Source: Proteobacteria bacterium UBA4457 (GTDB lineage Bacteria; Pseudomonadota; Gammaproteobacteria; Ga0077536). Taken from it: a stretch of 64,000 nt of DNA. Shown here in pieces: positions 10,701 to 20,266 of the stretch (position 1 is its first letter; each line of letters begins with the position of its first letter). The translations under genes and the position numbers were made by a program. Location: assembly GCA_002390205.1 (NCBI GenBank), contig DGOV01000074.1, positions 15,759 through 79,758 on the forward strand, read 5' to 3'. The notes under the pieces are model-generated. The model did no database searches. It was not told the origin of the DNA and saw nothing but the letters and a program-made list of their open reading frames with translations.

Positions 10701-13700
10701 TTAGTTTAAACTATCTTTTCGATAATATTGCTGATCAATTCCTTCAGTCTTCAAGTGAGCTAACCAGAAAAAACGAACGATTATGTCAGCTTGACGGAGA
10801 GTGGATCGGTTCCAGTCAAAATCTTTATAAACGCAACTCTCCGTATTTTAGTACCAGAACTTCAGAATCCGCCTTCTTATATCAGAGTAAAGACTCAAAT
10901 TTCGGTGCGTCCGGCTCTTTCAGGACTTTTTCCTCAGATTACTACATTGCTCAAGGCGTCAATAACTACAATGCTTTCCAAGATGTACTTGCGTACGATA
11001 TAAGACTTGCTGATGGAGAAGTCTTGGTATACAATTCTGGATACTGGACAAACAGTTTAATTGATGATTTTTCTCCTATTCGTGTAAGCGACAAAGAACC
11101 AATGGGTGTACTCCAGGATGGTGACACTTTATACTGGAGTGTAGCAAGAAATGGATACATCAATGATCAGCCTCGCAGTTACATTCAATATGGATTAAAA
11201 GATATAACAAATGTTGAAATAGCTGGACGCTTAAAAAGCAATGATATGTTGATTTATAATTACCCTGAACGAAAATTCGAAAGCAAACCTGTTGATTATT
11301 TTAGCCGCATAAATAGTCTTCTTGATGTCAGTCTTACGGAAGGTATAGACGAAGGAGACGTTCTTTCATGGAATTCTAAAAGCAACTCTTTTTCTCCAGA
11401 AGACCCTGACCCTCAGATAATTACGCCGCATTCTCTCCTTGACGTCGATCTGCTTGCAGAGCCACGCTCTCCGGGATCGCATCTCAACCATTACAATTAC
11501 CCCACTAGTGACGTAATAATTTTAGTCTGGGATGGAAGAAAGCAGCTCTGGGTAAAAGGAGAAACTTACGGTTATTCGTATTCAGGGTCTTATACAAACA
11601 GAATCGTTGAAGGAGAGCATCAGACTCATGGTCTCCGCGACTTTTACATTCGGCGCCATGCTAACAGGATGTTAGGGATAAGTGAACGATGGTATAAAGG
11701 ACCGTGGGACGCTCAAAAAGGTGCTTGGTATGACGAAAGTGGAGATATTCCTATTGACTATGTAAATTCAGCTCAGCCTTGTTCTAACTCTCAAAGAGGA
11801 GATGGCGGCGACTTTAATTATGCAGAGACGAGTACTGGAATGGCTTTAGGTATATTGGGTGGAGGCGACTTTGAGAACGGAGTAGAAGATCCTCCTGTCG
11901 AAATGATTATAGGTCAAGATGGTGGGGAATTTGTCGAAGCGATCGAACCTGTTGGGCTACCGCCAAGAAACAACGATCCTGTGTTTAGCAATACAGCTTA
12001 TATCCTCGACTTCGAGGGAGACCATCCGTTTAAGAATAAATCTCTCAGAGGTAGCATTACGCCTGGTGGTATTAGAGGCAACGCAACGTTAGTATCGAGC
12101 GGAGGCGCCTTTGACGGAAGGCATGTAAAGATTACTGACTGGGTGAGCAGCGAAGAACATGAAGAAGACGATAGTTGCGTATTCTTTTACCCTGAGGGCT
12201 ACTTTGATGTAACAGAATATAACTGGAGTATTAGTTTTTACTTTAAGACCGAAGAAACTGCAGAAAATCGTAATGAATATCTGTTCTCCCAGGGTGATTT
12301 ATTTATCGGTCAAAATCAGATTCCAAAACCGACGCATCTTGTCCTTGAGCATAGATTTTTAGAAAACGGGGACACAAGCTCAAGCTTGAAATTTCGTTGG
12401 CACGACAGCCGCAATGAAGACTATTACAGCAGCCCCTGGGAATTCGAAATGCAGATTTCAGATAATACTATAAACTATGGCGAATGGGAACATTTTGTCA
12501 TTGCGTATGATGCAGAAGCTAGCCTTTTGTCGGCTTTTTACGCAGGAAGCCGGATAAGTCACCTCGATTTAAATTCTTTGGAGGGCATGATTAGTGATGG
12601 GATGGGAGAAGGAATTTGGAGTGGCATGTATGTAAATACACATTATCAACAAGGGTTCTGCCTCGGAGGAAGGAATGCAGTAAATGCTACATTTGCTGGA
12701 ATCGGGCCACTGATTGGAGCTGTAGACGATTTCAAGCTGACTACACTTAGCTGTGAATATGATCCAGCTCTTGAGTCTATCCCTGTTCCAGGATCGCTAG
12801 TTCTAGAAGAGTTTCCTCCTACTTTTGACTACGAAACGCTTTTACCATTAAATCCAAGAATTGTTAGTATTTTAGGATTCACGGGAATGCCTGAAGCATA
12901 TCCCTACGCAGACTCGTTATGGGACGTTACTTATGACAGCGTCGGTTTTGTCTGGGGAGATCACTCTAGCTTCGTTGACGTAGCGGAAGGAGATACGCGC
13001 CTAGAACCTGTTCGGCTTCCTGTTTTCACAAGGCCTGAGGCCCCTCTCAGGAGAGACGTAAGCGTAAATTACGAGGCAGACCCCAAAATAGCTTCCATGA
13101 CAACAGCTTCCATGATACATGGATTAGCCACAATTAATAACCAGAGTGACTATCAATTAAGCATTGAAACGGAACGAATGGGAGGTCAAGGCCTTTTGAC
13201 GCGCTTGACTGATGATTTGGCGATGAATTACGAAGATTTTACTTTTGAAGCTATCTACACAAGGAACCCACCGAGAGAAACCGCTACCATTCGTAATACT
13301 CCTATAGAGACTTTTAACATAAAGAAAGGTATGGCTCTTGTCGTTGTTGCAGCAGAGGAAGACTTGTCCGATCCTACTGCCGGCGACTCTTGGGGAATTA
13401 GACTACTAACCTCTGTTGAAAAAAGGTCGGAGCTAGTGGCGCATGAAGTGTATCCCGAAGGCGTTCGTTTTGAATGGTGGACCCAAGACAACGAATATCA
13501 TCATCTTGATTTTCTTTATGGCCCAGATGCTCTTGACGGAACACCCAAAGATCGTCCTTATGATTTCTCTGTAAACGAAAATCAGGAACCGGGCGAAGAT
13601 ATGTATGTAGAGGACACTAGTTACAATCCATTACGATTGCAACCCGGGAATTACAATCATACTGTTATTCAACGTAGCCTTCGGAAGAGTTCCATAACAG

Positions 13701-13927
13701 TATTTCACAATAATTCAAGAAAGGAGCTATTCCATCCACGATTAGCAGAACCTTTCCGAGATATCTCAGCCTTACCTGATCCTCGAATAGGTATAGGGAT
13801 AGACCCTCGCGTAACTTTTGAATCGACTAACGACTTTAGTGGTAGAATAGCTGCTACTCGCATGACGAGGGGAATTTGTCTTTACGGCTCAGAAGCTAGG
13901 TTCCCTGATAAACATTTTAGTCTTTAG
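7718..13927 (+). CDS. Giant (2069 aa) multi-LamG (concanavalin-like) fibre/adhesin protein
   Basis: 6.2-kb ORF. The track start is TTG; ATG at 7793 (MASFPDSQ) is more likely. At least three LamG-type modules: 'YTIQFWFRM...YHVAVQWD...TWVDGSL...FIGRNMRGYIADFNIT', 'LSWGFRFKL...FSVYLNGRR...LAIGNYS' and 'WSISFYFKT...WEHFVIAYD...FYAGSRI...GAVDDFKLT'. Also internal LxDV repeats and GGDF motifs. Confidence 0.7.
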   Translation: MNVALFPKNLVWRHSGNSLEGIRRYMASFPDSQVRPGELIVLDGPDAYGDPRVSLMTLDPFHNELASVFGTIDQLADVPFPSRFALDRGNWPHGSCLVWYEVRMDVHPDDLYGPLVNYGPGWQVRRAFPYDISENSVEEFYDVDSVSLPEKIEGDSFVYSVANSRYESAPGFGDPSKNIDPSADLDDLVDIVYTEPVEGNSLIKWDQVAGEWKNVYLEPFLSTRSDVNFNNINPEDQQALVYGAFEEKWQAQDISTEGAVVIPDGRRSRNKELEYLVLPGTHESLNGKILDFGLGVTSEPTPSQPHGHDYVLNAASEIRAEGVTSEFWERFPKGSFYFEAPPGLDYGFLPYYERTGLARERYDHKEVQGLSKESRFQDISVSSNITPIPGLLNPSGQYYGDYTIQFWFRMATDAVEGIDDRTLFSLYAYGLGGGGDELSVVITKKGGERYINSPPHAMSLVVRYPRSGVFPWITERDLLFNIYPDIDYHVAVQWDAEAQRLKTWVDGSLRLAFETPDLDSFKYIDLESLFIGRNMRGYIADFNITLTTEYNEDYVERLAYSKDFNPPGHWGRKLVEGPKASLKTLGLTRTGLFSWISQEQPYAWTTAFGRNQFDTVSQSLDINYGSLLSGNILSWNAAEGKLSSTKSILAGDDSVSKNPGDLAGTAFNSVIDAAYYKIGQGTQTGNIKPMDYHRKGDFPYNDAGSNYFWGGELSFKAPVNLAGLPSVVSLPSGKAWQIPHDRKYSDLFENQTSSYLSLNRERDTEIEDWRQGLPSEQNSFLSWGFRFKLNEAISDYGSTTIAQGGDVSLRVEGGFFTIDVSLRISSGYFPDGFTLTNEWIYENGFFENATITLPGENVVADRDYEISILADSIEGKFSVYLNGRRQYIIVQAPFPSPGSTSTSVEVFSQESNAGLPQYLAIGNYSRDIDHALSPTLFSGGTACLYGAFFSFDRREDFKHQRYYDFSAFYDARISQPGVSLFTGARSQSPGFSDYFSLNYLFDNIADQFLQSSSELTRKNERLCQLDGEWIGSSQNLYKRNSPYFSTRTSESAFLYQSKDSNFGASGSFRTFSSDYYIAQGVNNYNAFQDVLAYDIRLADGEVLVYNSGYWTNSLIDDFSPIRVSDKEPMGVLQDGDTLYWSVARNGYINDQPRSYIQYGLKDITNVEIAGRLKSNDMLIYNYPERKFESKPVDYFSRINSLLDVSLTEGIDEGDVLSWNSKSNSFSPEDPDPQIITPHSLLDVDLLAEPRSPGSHLNHYNYPTSDVIILVWDGRKQLWVKGETYGYSYSGSYTNRIVEGEHQTHGLRDFYIRRHANRMLGISERWYKGPWDAQKGAWYDESGDIPIDYVNSAQPCSNSQRGDGGDFNYAETSTGMALGILGGGDFENGVEDPPVEMIIGQDGGEFVEAIEPVGLPPRNNDPVFSNTAYILDFEGDHPFKNKSLRGSITPGGIRGNATLVSSGGAFDGRHVKITDWVSSEEHEEDDSCVFFYPEGYFDVTEYNWSISFYFKTEETAENRNEYLFSQGDLFIGQNQIPKPTHLVLEHRFLENGDTSSSLKFRWHDSRNEDYYSSPWEFEMQISDNTINYGEWEHFVIAYDAEASLLSAFYAGSRISHLDLNSLEGMISDGMGEGIWSGMYVNTHYQQGFCLGGRNAVNATFAGIGPLIGAVDDFKLTTLSCEYDPALESIPVPGSLVLEEFPPTFDYETLLPLNPRIVSILGFTGMPEAYPYADSLWDVTYDSVGFVWGDHSSFVDVAEGDTRLEPVRLPVFTRPEAPLRRDVSVNYEADPKIASMTTASMIHGLATINNQSDYQLSIETERMGGQGLLTRLTDDLAMNYEDFTFEAIYTRNPPRETATIRNTPIETFNIKKGMALVVVAAEEDLSDPTAGDSWGIRLLTSVEKRSELVAHEVYPEGVRFEWWTQDNEYHHLDFLYGPDALDGTPKDRPYDFSVNENQEPGEDMYVEDTSYNPLRLQPGNYNHTVIQRSLRKSSITVFHNNSRKELFHPRLAEPFRDISALPDPRIGIGIDPRVTFESTNDFSGRIAATRMTRGICLYGSEARFPDKHFSL

Positions 13928-13956
13928 GCAACCTAAACGGATTCGCAACAAGGTTA

Positions 13957-16410
13957 GTGCCTACGCCTACAAACAGAGTTCCTGTAAGAGTAGCGCGTGG
14001 TTACTTCTCTACTCTAAGTGCTTCCATCTCGGACTTGTATGAGGGGGAGATTGTATACGCTTTAGATCAGCAAGCTCTCTATGCTGTAGAAGCTCAGCAG
14101 TTAATCCCTGTAGCCGGCACCAGTATCACTAGCGTAAATGGTGCTACAGGTAGTGTCCTTCTTGGCATAGAAGAATTAGAGGATACCACTATAAATTCAT
14201 TGCTTGACGGGGATACGCTCGTTTATTCTAACGGAGAATGGATTAATTCGCCTGCGACGGCTGGAGGCACTGTTCTCAGTATTGATTTAAATGGCAGTGG
14301 AGGTATTGAGACTTCAGGAGGGCCGGTCACCTCAAGTGGGGTAATCGAAGTATCCTTGAGCAGCACTGGCGTTACCGCAGGCGAGTATACTTTTCCTACT
14401 TTAACTGTTGACGAGAAAGGACGCATTACGGCTATCCTCTCTAACGCTGCTCCAGATCAAAGTCTGAATGATCTTAGTGATGTAAACTCTCCTTTGCCAG
14501 GTATAGGCGATGGGTTGATTTGGGATGGAGTTAACTGGGTCAATACTCCAGATGTTGGAGGTGGAGCTGAATCACTAGATGAATTAAGCGACGTAGATGT
14601 CACTACTCAACTTCCCACGGAAGGTCAGGTTCTTCTCTGGGATAACACGCAAGCGACCTGGAAACCAGGAACTGTCGAAATTCCCCCCTCGGCTTCTATT
14701 CCTCTCAATGAATTAGTAGACGTTGAGATCCCTAATCCAACTGATAAGGATTTAATTGGCTACAATTCTGACACCGGATTGTGGTCAAATGGGTCCTTGC
14801 AATCCATTCTCTTAGCAGACCCTTCTGAGCTTGAAAACGGAGACGGGCTAATTTGGGACGAATGGAATAGCTCTTGGTACTCCGGTGTGCCTGGAAGCGC
14901 AGGGAAAATTGAATATCAAACGTATACTACCACCCAAGAGCAGTCTCCACTTATTGGTGGTAGCTCCTTACTGATAGACGAACCTGCTTGGGAAGATCTA
15001 GGCTTTACTTTGTGTGAAGAATTTGACAATAGCACGCGTTGGGTTGAGGGAGTTCAACAGTTCGTTTTAGACCTTTCGTCAGTTGGGAGCGCCGATACTT
15101 TTGCGTTTCATGAGGTGGTGCCCTATGGAGGCCAGGTTGCAAATTGGAGACCTCTTTCTGCTGATGTTTTCATTACTATCAAAAGAGAAACTTTTGAAAT
15201 TTTAGAGGAAAATAGAACAGTTAACACTACTGATCCTACTCCTACTGGAGATCCCTTTAGTTTCCCCGACGACGCCGACCCAAATATTGCATTTGAATGC
15301 AGCATCTTTCCTCAGGATGCAAAGGATTTGGATATGCTTGTCTATAGAGCAGGCGTAATTCCTTCCTATACAGACGATGTTGGCGAACGATGGACAATCT
15401 TCCGGAGAGAATTAATACAAAAAAATTATTTCTTTAATAACTGGGCAACTGAACTTTGGATCTCTAGTAAAGGCGCAGTTATTGTTAAACAAGGAAATCC
15501 TTCTTGGGAATATTCATGGGGAGCCAATACTGGTGGTCATGGCACTCTTCATAATTGGTACTTTGATCCAGTGCTTGGACCAAGCAATTACGGCGATGGG
15601 ACCTGGGCGGACCTGCCAGTAAGTGGCAGCTACGTTGCCTTTGCTGGGCATCGTCTACTTAACCCAGAAAAAGAAGAGATATCCCTTGAGGATTTGAATG
15701 ATGTAGATACCTTTGGAGTGCAGGTCAATCAATCATTGCATTGGTCTGGGACAGAATGGACCCCTAGTTTTATTAGTATCGATGAACTGTCTGATGTTGA
15801 CACCACTACAAGCCCACCAGCGACAGGGCAAATGCTTCAATGGGACGGTAACAACTGGGTTCCCATAAATATTCCTATCTCTGGCGCGACTAGCCTTGAC
15901 GAGCTTTCGGATGTAAGAACAACTGAGCCAACTCCTCAGGATACTAATGTTTTAGCCTATAACGATACAGAAAACCGATGGTTGCCAGCAAAACCTAGGG
16001 CTACCCCTGGAGCTCCTTTAAGCCTTTCTTCCCCTGGATTGCCGGGAGAGATGCGTTTTAACGATAATTATTTTTACATTTGTATTGGCTTAAACCACTG
16101 GAAGCAGGTTGGTCTTGTTGACCTTACAATTGATCCAAGCATTCAAGAAGTTGCCGATGGTGGTAACTGGGCTGACGGCTCAGGCGGAAGTATTGACACC
16201 ACTTTGGATGGAGGGGACTGGGGAGAAGGAACAACCAATGATGCACAAGGCGCTATTGTTGATGGCGGAATATTTGCTTCGACTATTGATGGCGGCAACT
16301 TTACAGATGGAACAAGTGGTGGGTATAATGTTTCATCTGACGGAGGTAACTTTACGACCGGAGCTCCTGGGGTTGACAGGACTAGTGATGGGGGCGTATT
16401 TACGCCATAA
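13957..16410 (+). CDS. Tail fibre paralogue 1 (817 aa) with the shared N-terminal anchor domain
   Basis: GTG start giving 'MPTPTNRVPVRVARGYFSTL...GEIVYALDQQALY', which aligns with the N-termini of the genes at 16488, 18576 and 24904. Fibre motif 'TFPTLTVDEKGRITAI'. About 8 LxDV...W repeats. C-terminal run of DGG(N/D)(W/F) motifs. Confidence 0.8.
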   Translation: MPTPTNRVPVRVARGYFSTLSASISDLYEGEIVYALDQQALYAVEAQQLIPVAGTSITSVNGATGSVLLGIEELEDTTINSLLDGDTLVYSNGEWINSPATAGGTVLSIDLNGSGGIETSGGPVTSSGVIEVSLSSTGVTAGEYTFPTLTVDEKGRITAILSNAAPDQSLNDLSDVNSPLPGIGDGLIWDGVNWVNTPDVGGGAESLDELSDVDVTTQLPTEGQVLLWDNTQATWKPGTVEIPPSASIPLNELVDVEIPNPTDKDLIGYNSDTGLWSNGSLQSILLADPSELENGDGLIWDEWNSSWYSGVPGSAGKIEYQTYTTTQEQSPLIGGSSLLIDEPAWEDLGFTLCEEFDNSTRWVEGVQQFVLDLSSVGSADTFAFHEVVPYGGQVANWRPLSADVFITIKRETFEILEENRTVNTTDPTPTGDPFSFPDDADPNIAFECSIFPQDAKDLDMLVYRAGVIPSYTDDVGERWTIFRRELIQKNYFFNNWATELWISSKGAVIVKQGNPSWEYSWGANTGGHGTLHNWYFDPVLGPSNYGDGTWADLPVSGSYVAFAGHRLLNPEKEEISLEDLNDVDTFGVQVNQSLHWSGTEWTPSFISIDELSDVDTTTSPPATGQMLQWDGNNWVPINIPISGATSLDELSDVRTTEPTPQDTNVLAYNDTENRWLPAKPRATPGAPLSLSSPGLPGEMRFNDNYFYICIGLNHWKQVGLVDLTIDPSIQEVADGGNWADGSGGSIDTTLDGGDWGEGTTNDAQGAIVDGGIFASTIDGGNFTDGTSGGYNVSSDGGNFTTGAPGVDRTSDGGVFTP

Positions 16411-16487
16411 AGTTTAAGCTTAAAGTCTATATTATTACCAGTTAAGTCTCATGGGTATACTAGCTGGAGTTTCAGGAAAACAGTCTC

Positions 16488-18500
16488 ATGCCAGTTCCAA
16501 GTCCCAGAAGCAAGTTGCTGCCAGCCCGTGGTAATTACTCGGACTTGGAGCAAAACGTCGGCGATCTTCTAGATGGCGAGATTTGCTATGCTATTGACCA
16601 AGACCAGTACTATCAGAAAGAAGGCGCAGGGCTTGTTGCTGTAGGCGCGACCAAGGCGCAAGGAGCTTTGGCTGACTCGGCTTTACAAGATGCCCCTTCT
16701 AATGGCTATCAATACGCTCGCCAAGACGGCTCTTGGTCAATTGTAACTGGAGGAGGAAGTGGCGGAGGAAGTTCTGCTTATCCGGAAACAACCTTCACTA
16801 TTGATGCCGATTCCACCCCTAACTATTTATTTTCAGGTGCTGGTTTTACGACTGCTACGGCGAATCCCGACTTGGTTTTGATTCGTGGACAAAAGTATTC
16901 TTTCGATAATACGAGTGGTGCTCATCCTTTCCAAATCCAAACATCTGACGGTAGTGCTTATGACGAAGGAGTTATCGACAACGATACCATCGGTCTGGTG
17001 CAGTTTACTGTCCCATTCGATGCTCCAGCCGAGTTAAGGTATCAGTGTACAGTTCATCCATCCTCGATGGTCGGTGCAATTGCCGTCTTAGATTCTGACT
17101 TGTCTTCTTTAGTTGATGTAGACCTTTCTGTCGCTCCTGCTAATGGCGAAGGACTGATTTACGATTCTACTTCAGGAAAATGGAAGCCGAAAGTTCCTGA
17201 TCCGATCGCGGAGGAGACTTTCATTGAAGCTCAGTACATTGCAATCGCTCAGGACTTTGAGGATTCCGGCTCTCATTCAGGTGAGAAGAATGCTGATCTT
17301 TGGAATGGATCGGGAACCGAGCAAGACGGAGGTGAGATGCCGGTATCAGGTCCTGCCACTCAACCACCAGGCATGCACGGTACTAAATATATAGATTATA
17401 CAGAATTTACGAACTACAGTTTCCCGGGTACCAATGATGAAGGTATGCAGGGGCCCTGGGTAGGCATTGGCAACCAAGCCGTGTACATCGAGTTTTGGTT
17501 TCGGCATGACCCCATCACGTCTTCCACACCGGTTGGTGATCAATTCGTATTTGGACAAGGTTCAGCTTCTCAAGCCGGTGACATCAACAATGGCCATGGA
17601 GGGCTTGTTATTAAGCACATCATAGACGTGGATCTTTCTACCACGACGGCACTTGACCCTACATTTAATCCTGACACAACGTATAGCGGGTTTGAGCCTG
17701 AATTTGGCTATATCTACACTAACACAAGTGCTCTTATCCTCCAAGACGGATTAGATAGTGATGGCTATTTCCTTGTTGGAACAAAGGAAATGAATATTGC
17801 GGATGGTGTCTGGCATCATGTTGTCTTCATGCAAGAACCCACCGCGGACCCTCAGCCAGGGGGTGCGGCAAGTGGAGTATATTCCTGCTTTATTGACGGA
17901 AAACTTCGAGACAGGTGGGATGCTAATCAAAATCCTGGCACCACCCCTGTTGATACCAACGCTGGGGATTGGGACACTTATTATTTTGGCTGCCTGAAGG
18001 ATGGAACAGGCCACATGAGGGCCGCTATTGATAACTTTGTCGTTTACGGCACAACAGAAAAGTTTCCCTATCCTGCAGGAGTCGATTCTGTAGAGGTTTA
18101 CAAGGGGCCAGTAAATGTAGATCGTACATTCAAGATTCAGACAAAAGGTTCTCCTTCATCGTCCTTGAGTGATTTCTCTTCATTACAACCAAAAATAGGC
18201 GAAGCCCCTGTATTTGATCAGTTTGGCAGCTACACACCTACTCCCGTACTTTCCATTCACGCTGTGTCTAATACAGCAAATGCCGGCGAAGGAACTAGCG
18301 GTACGCCATTCCCTGCAGATCGCGAAGATCTCATTTATTCGGATACAGAAGACGGTCGATACAGGTACCCGCTAGCTGTAGGCACCTGCTTGATTGATGC
18401 CGCAAACAACACCTTATTTATCTGGTCAGGTCCTTACGACGAAGCGGGATACAGCGCCACTACTGGAGGATGGAAAAAGATTGCTCTATTGGATATTTAA
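16488..18500 (+). CDS. Tail fibre paralogue 2 (670 aa): anchor domain + cupredoxin-like module + LamG-like module
   Basis: N-terminus 'MPVPSPRSKLLPARGNYSDL...GEICYAIDQDQYY'. aa 101-201 contain 'GAHPFQI...YQCTVHPSSMVGAIAV' (His...Cys-x2-His-x3-Met). LamG-like motifs are 'VYIEFWFRHD...WHHVVFMQ...CFIDGKLR...IDNFVVYG'. Confidence 0.8.
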   Translation: MPVPSPRSKLLPARGNYSDLEQNVGDLLDGEICYAIDQDQYYQKEGAGLVAVGATKAQGALADSALQDAPSNGYQYARQDGSWSIVTGGGSGGGSSAYPETTFTIDADSTPNYLFSGAGFTTATANPDLVLIRGQKYSFDNTSGAHPFQIQTSDGSAYDEGVIDNDTIGLVQFTVPFDAPAELRYQCTVHPSSMVGAIAVLDSDLSSLVDVDLSVAPANGEGLIYDSTSGKWKPKVPDPIAEETFIEAQYIAIAQDFEDSGSHSGEKNADLWNGSGTEQDGGEMPVSGPATQPPGMHGTKYIDYTEFTNYSFPGTNDEGMQGPWVGIGNQAVYIEFWFRHDPITSSTPVGDQFVFGQGSASQAGDINNGHGGLVIKHIIDVDLSTTTALDPTFNPDTTYSGFEPEFGYIYTNTSALILQDGLDSDGYFLVGTKEMNIADGVWHHVVFMQEPTADPQPGGAASGVYSCFIDGKLRDRWDANQNPGTTPVDTNAGDWDTYYFGCLKDGTGHMRAAIDNFVVYGTTEKFPYPAGVDSVEVYKGPVNVDRTFKIQTKGSPSSSLSDFSSLQPKIGEAPVFDQFGSYTPTPVLSIHAVSNTANAGEGTSGTPFPADREDLIYSDTEDGRYRYPLAVGTCLIDAANNTLFIWSGPYDEAGYSATTGGWKKIALLDI

Positions 18501-18511
18501 CTAGAGTTATT

Positions 18512-18527
18512 AGCCCCTACTGGGGCT
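18512..18527 (+). other. GC hairpin AGCCCC-tact-GGGGCT between fibre genes (no T-tract)
   Basis: Perfect 6-bp stem read directly from the sequence. It is followed by TAAAAA rather than a U-run, so termination is uncertain. Confidence 0.3.
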
Positions 18528-18575
18528 TAAAAATTGAGTGGGTATCCTAAGCCAGATTTTGCAAGCGCTAGAAAA

Positions 18576-20252
18576 ATGCCAGCTCCTTCGAATCGGATTC
18601 CAGTTAGACCGGCTCGCGGAAGTCGCACAGTTCTCACTGACTCTTTAGACAGTATTCAGGAAGGTGAAATTGTATATGCTCGAGACGAGGACTCGCTATT
18701 TATAAAAGAAAACGGACAGTTGGTTAACGTCGCCATAGGAATAGGCCTTGACGCTCAAAAAATCAGCGCAGAAATCACTTGGACTATCGCAACTTCCGCA
18801 GCTGAAGATGCCTATCTTTTTAGTGGTCAGGGCTTTGCTTCTCAGATAGAAAATCCTACTATATATGTAATTAGAGGGCAGAAGTATGCCTTTGATCATC
18901 AGCTCGGCACAGATCCCTTTCAGATTACTACACCAGATGGAACGCCTTATACCGTAGGTCAAACAAATACTCCAGCTGACGGATCAATCCTAAGATGGGA
19001 GGTCTCAATGCAAGCCCCCAAAATCCTGAGATACGTCTCAACAGAGGATAGCAATAAGAGTGGAGAAATTATCGCTATTTCTGATAGCTTTTCTTTAGGT
19101 CTTGAAGATCTCACAAATGTAGGCGACGCCGTTCCCGCGGACGGGCAAGTTATGATCTACAGTTCGTCTCAAGGGTTATGGCAGGCTGCTGATTTGGCCA
19201 CTGGTGGTGTCACTTCCTTGAATGGATTAACGGATGTAGACACTTCATCGGCACTTGAAAGTGATGTATTGAAATTTAACGGAACATATTGGGAAGCTTT
19301 GCCGGAAGCTACGGATGTAGGGACCCCAGGCCGTAAAGTCACAATGAGTATAGACAGCACTCGTCGTGGACAGATGTTGGGGACCGAATTTATTTTGGAC
19401 TCGACAGCCGACTGGGAAGGTATGGGCTTTACGGTTCTTTCTACTGACAACAATGAAACAGACTCTTGGGTCTACTTCCAGTTTGACAGCTTCGATTTAA
19501 ATAAGTGGGTTCCTCTGGGAAGAAATGACTCAATTCCGTATAACAGTGATGGAGAGGATAGTCCAACATTCGCATTTGACGGAAGTGGCCGTCTTGTTTC
19601 TTGGACCAACTCGCCATTCGACGTCAGCCCCATCGCATCTACAAAAAATTTATCAGCTCCCCAGAACTGTGCGTTCTGCTTTACGGCTTTCCTTGAATCA
19701 TCCAATTGCACTGTCTACAGAGCTGGGTACAAAGGAGCCTTGGAGTACGAAGGCGCCACTTGGAGTGTCTTGCGTGTTGAATATGCTAAATTTGACACTT
19801 TACTAGCAGTAGAATATTGGCTGGGCCACGACGGAGACGTCAAAATGTTGTATGGTCGGCCTGATGGAAGTTTTAATCTAAATGTTGATACTAACGGCAA
19901 CGGCTTTACTTTTGGTGGTCGAACTAACGACCCAACACTAGGAAATGCTAATTATAATCTTCCTGGTTTGACTCAAGATGCAGGCTATGGAATTGAGTTA
20001 TGGTATAACGGTAGTGGCTACAACATTGACGACCTATCCAATGTAAGTCATTCTGGTGATTCCCCTCCTACTGATAACTTTCCTTTAGTGTGGTCCAACG
20101 GGTCTTGGGGCCCAGGAAGCATCGTCAGAGAAGGCTCTCAGGCGTCTACTTCCGGGGGAGAAGTAGGCATTTTTGCTGTTGATTCAGTCTATCTTTACGT
20201 CTGTGTCGGAAAGAATGACTGGAAAAGAATAGCATTGGAAACCTTCGTCTGA
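18576..20252 (+). CDS. Tail fibre paralogue 3 (558 aa) with the anchor domain and a ligand-less cupredoxin-like module
   Basis: The ATG at 18576 gives 'MPAPSNRIPVRPARGS...GEIVYARDEDSLF', matching the paralogues. The track's TTG at 18534 is probably too far upstream. The module 'GTDPFQI...LRYVSTEDSNKSGEIIAI' is homologous to the one at 16788-17090 but lacks the His/Cys/His/Met residues. Confidence 0.75.
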   Translation: MPAPSNRIPVRPARGSRTVLTDSLDSIQEGEIVYARDEDSLFIKENGQLVNVAIGIGLDAQKISAEITWTIATSAAEDAYLFSGQGFASQIENPTIYVIRGQKYAFDHQLGTDPFQITTPDGTPYTVGQTNTPADGSILRWEVSMQAPKILRYVSTEDSNKSGEIIAISDSFSLGLEDLTNVGDAVPADGQVMIYSSSQGLWQAADLATGGVTSLNGLTDVDTSSALESDVLKFNGTYWEALPEATDVGTPGRKVTMSIDSTRRGQMLGTEFILDSTADWEGMGFTVLSTDNNETDSWVYFQFDSFDLNKWVPLGRNDSIPYNSDGEDSPTFAFDGSGRLVSWTNSPFDVSPIASTKNLSAPQNCAFCFTAFLESSNCTVYRAGYKGALEYEGATWSVLRVEYAKFDTLLAVEYWLGHDGDVKMLYGRPDGSFNLNVDTNGNGFTFGGRTNDPTLGNANYNLPGLTQDAGYGIELWYNGSGYNIDDLSNVSHSGDSPPTDNFPLVWSNGSWGPGSIVREGSQASTSGGEVGIFAVDSVYLYVCVGKNDWKRIALETFV

Positions 20253-20266
20253 TTCAAGCAAAAAAA

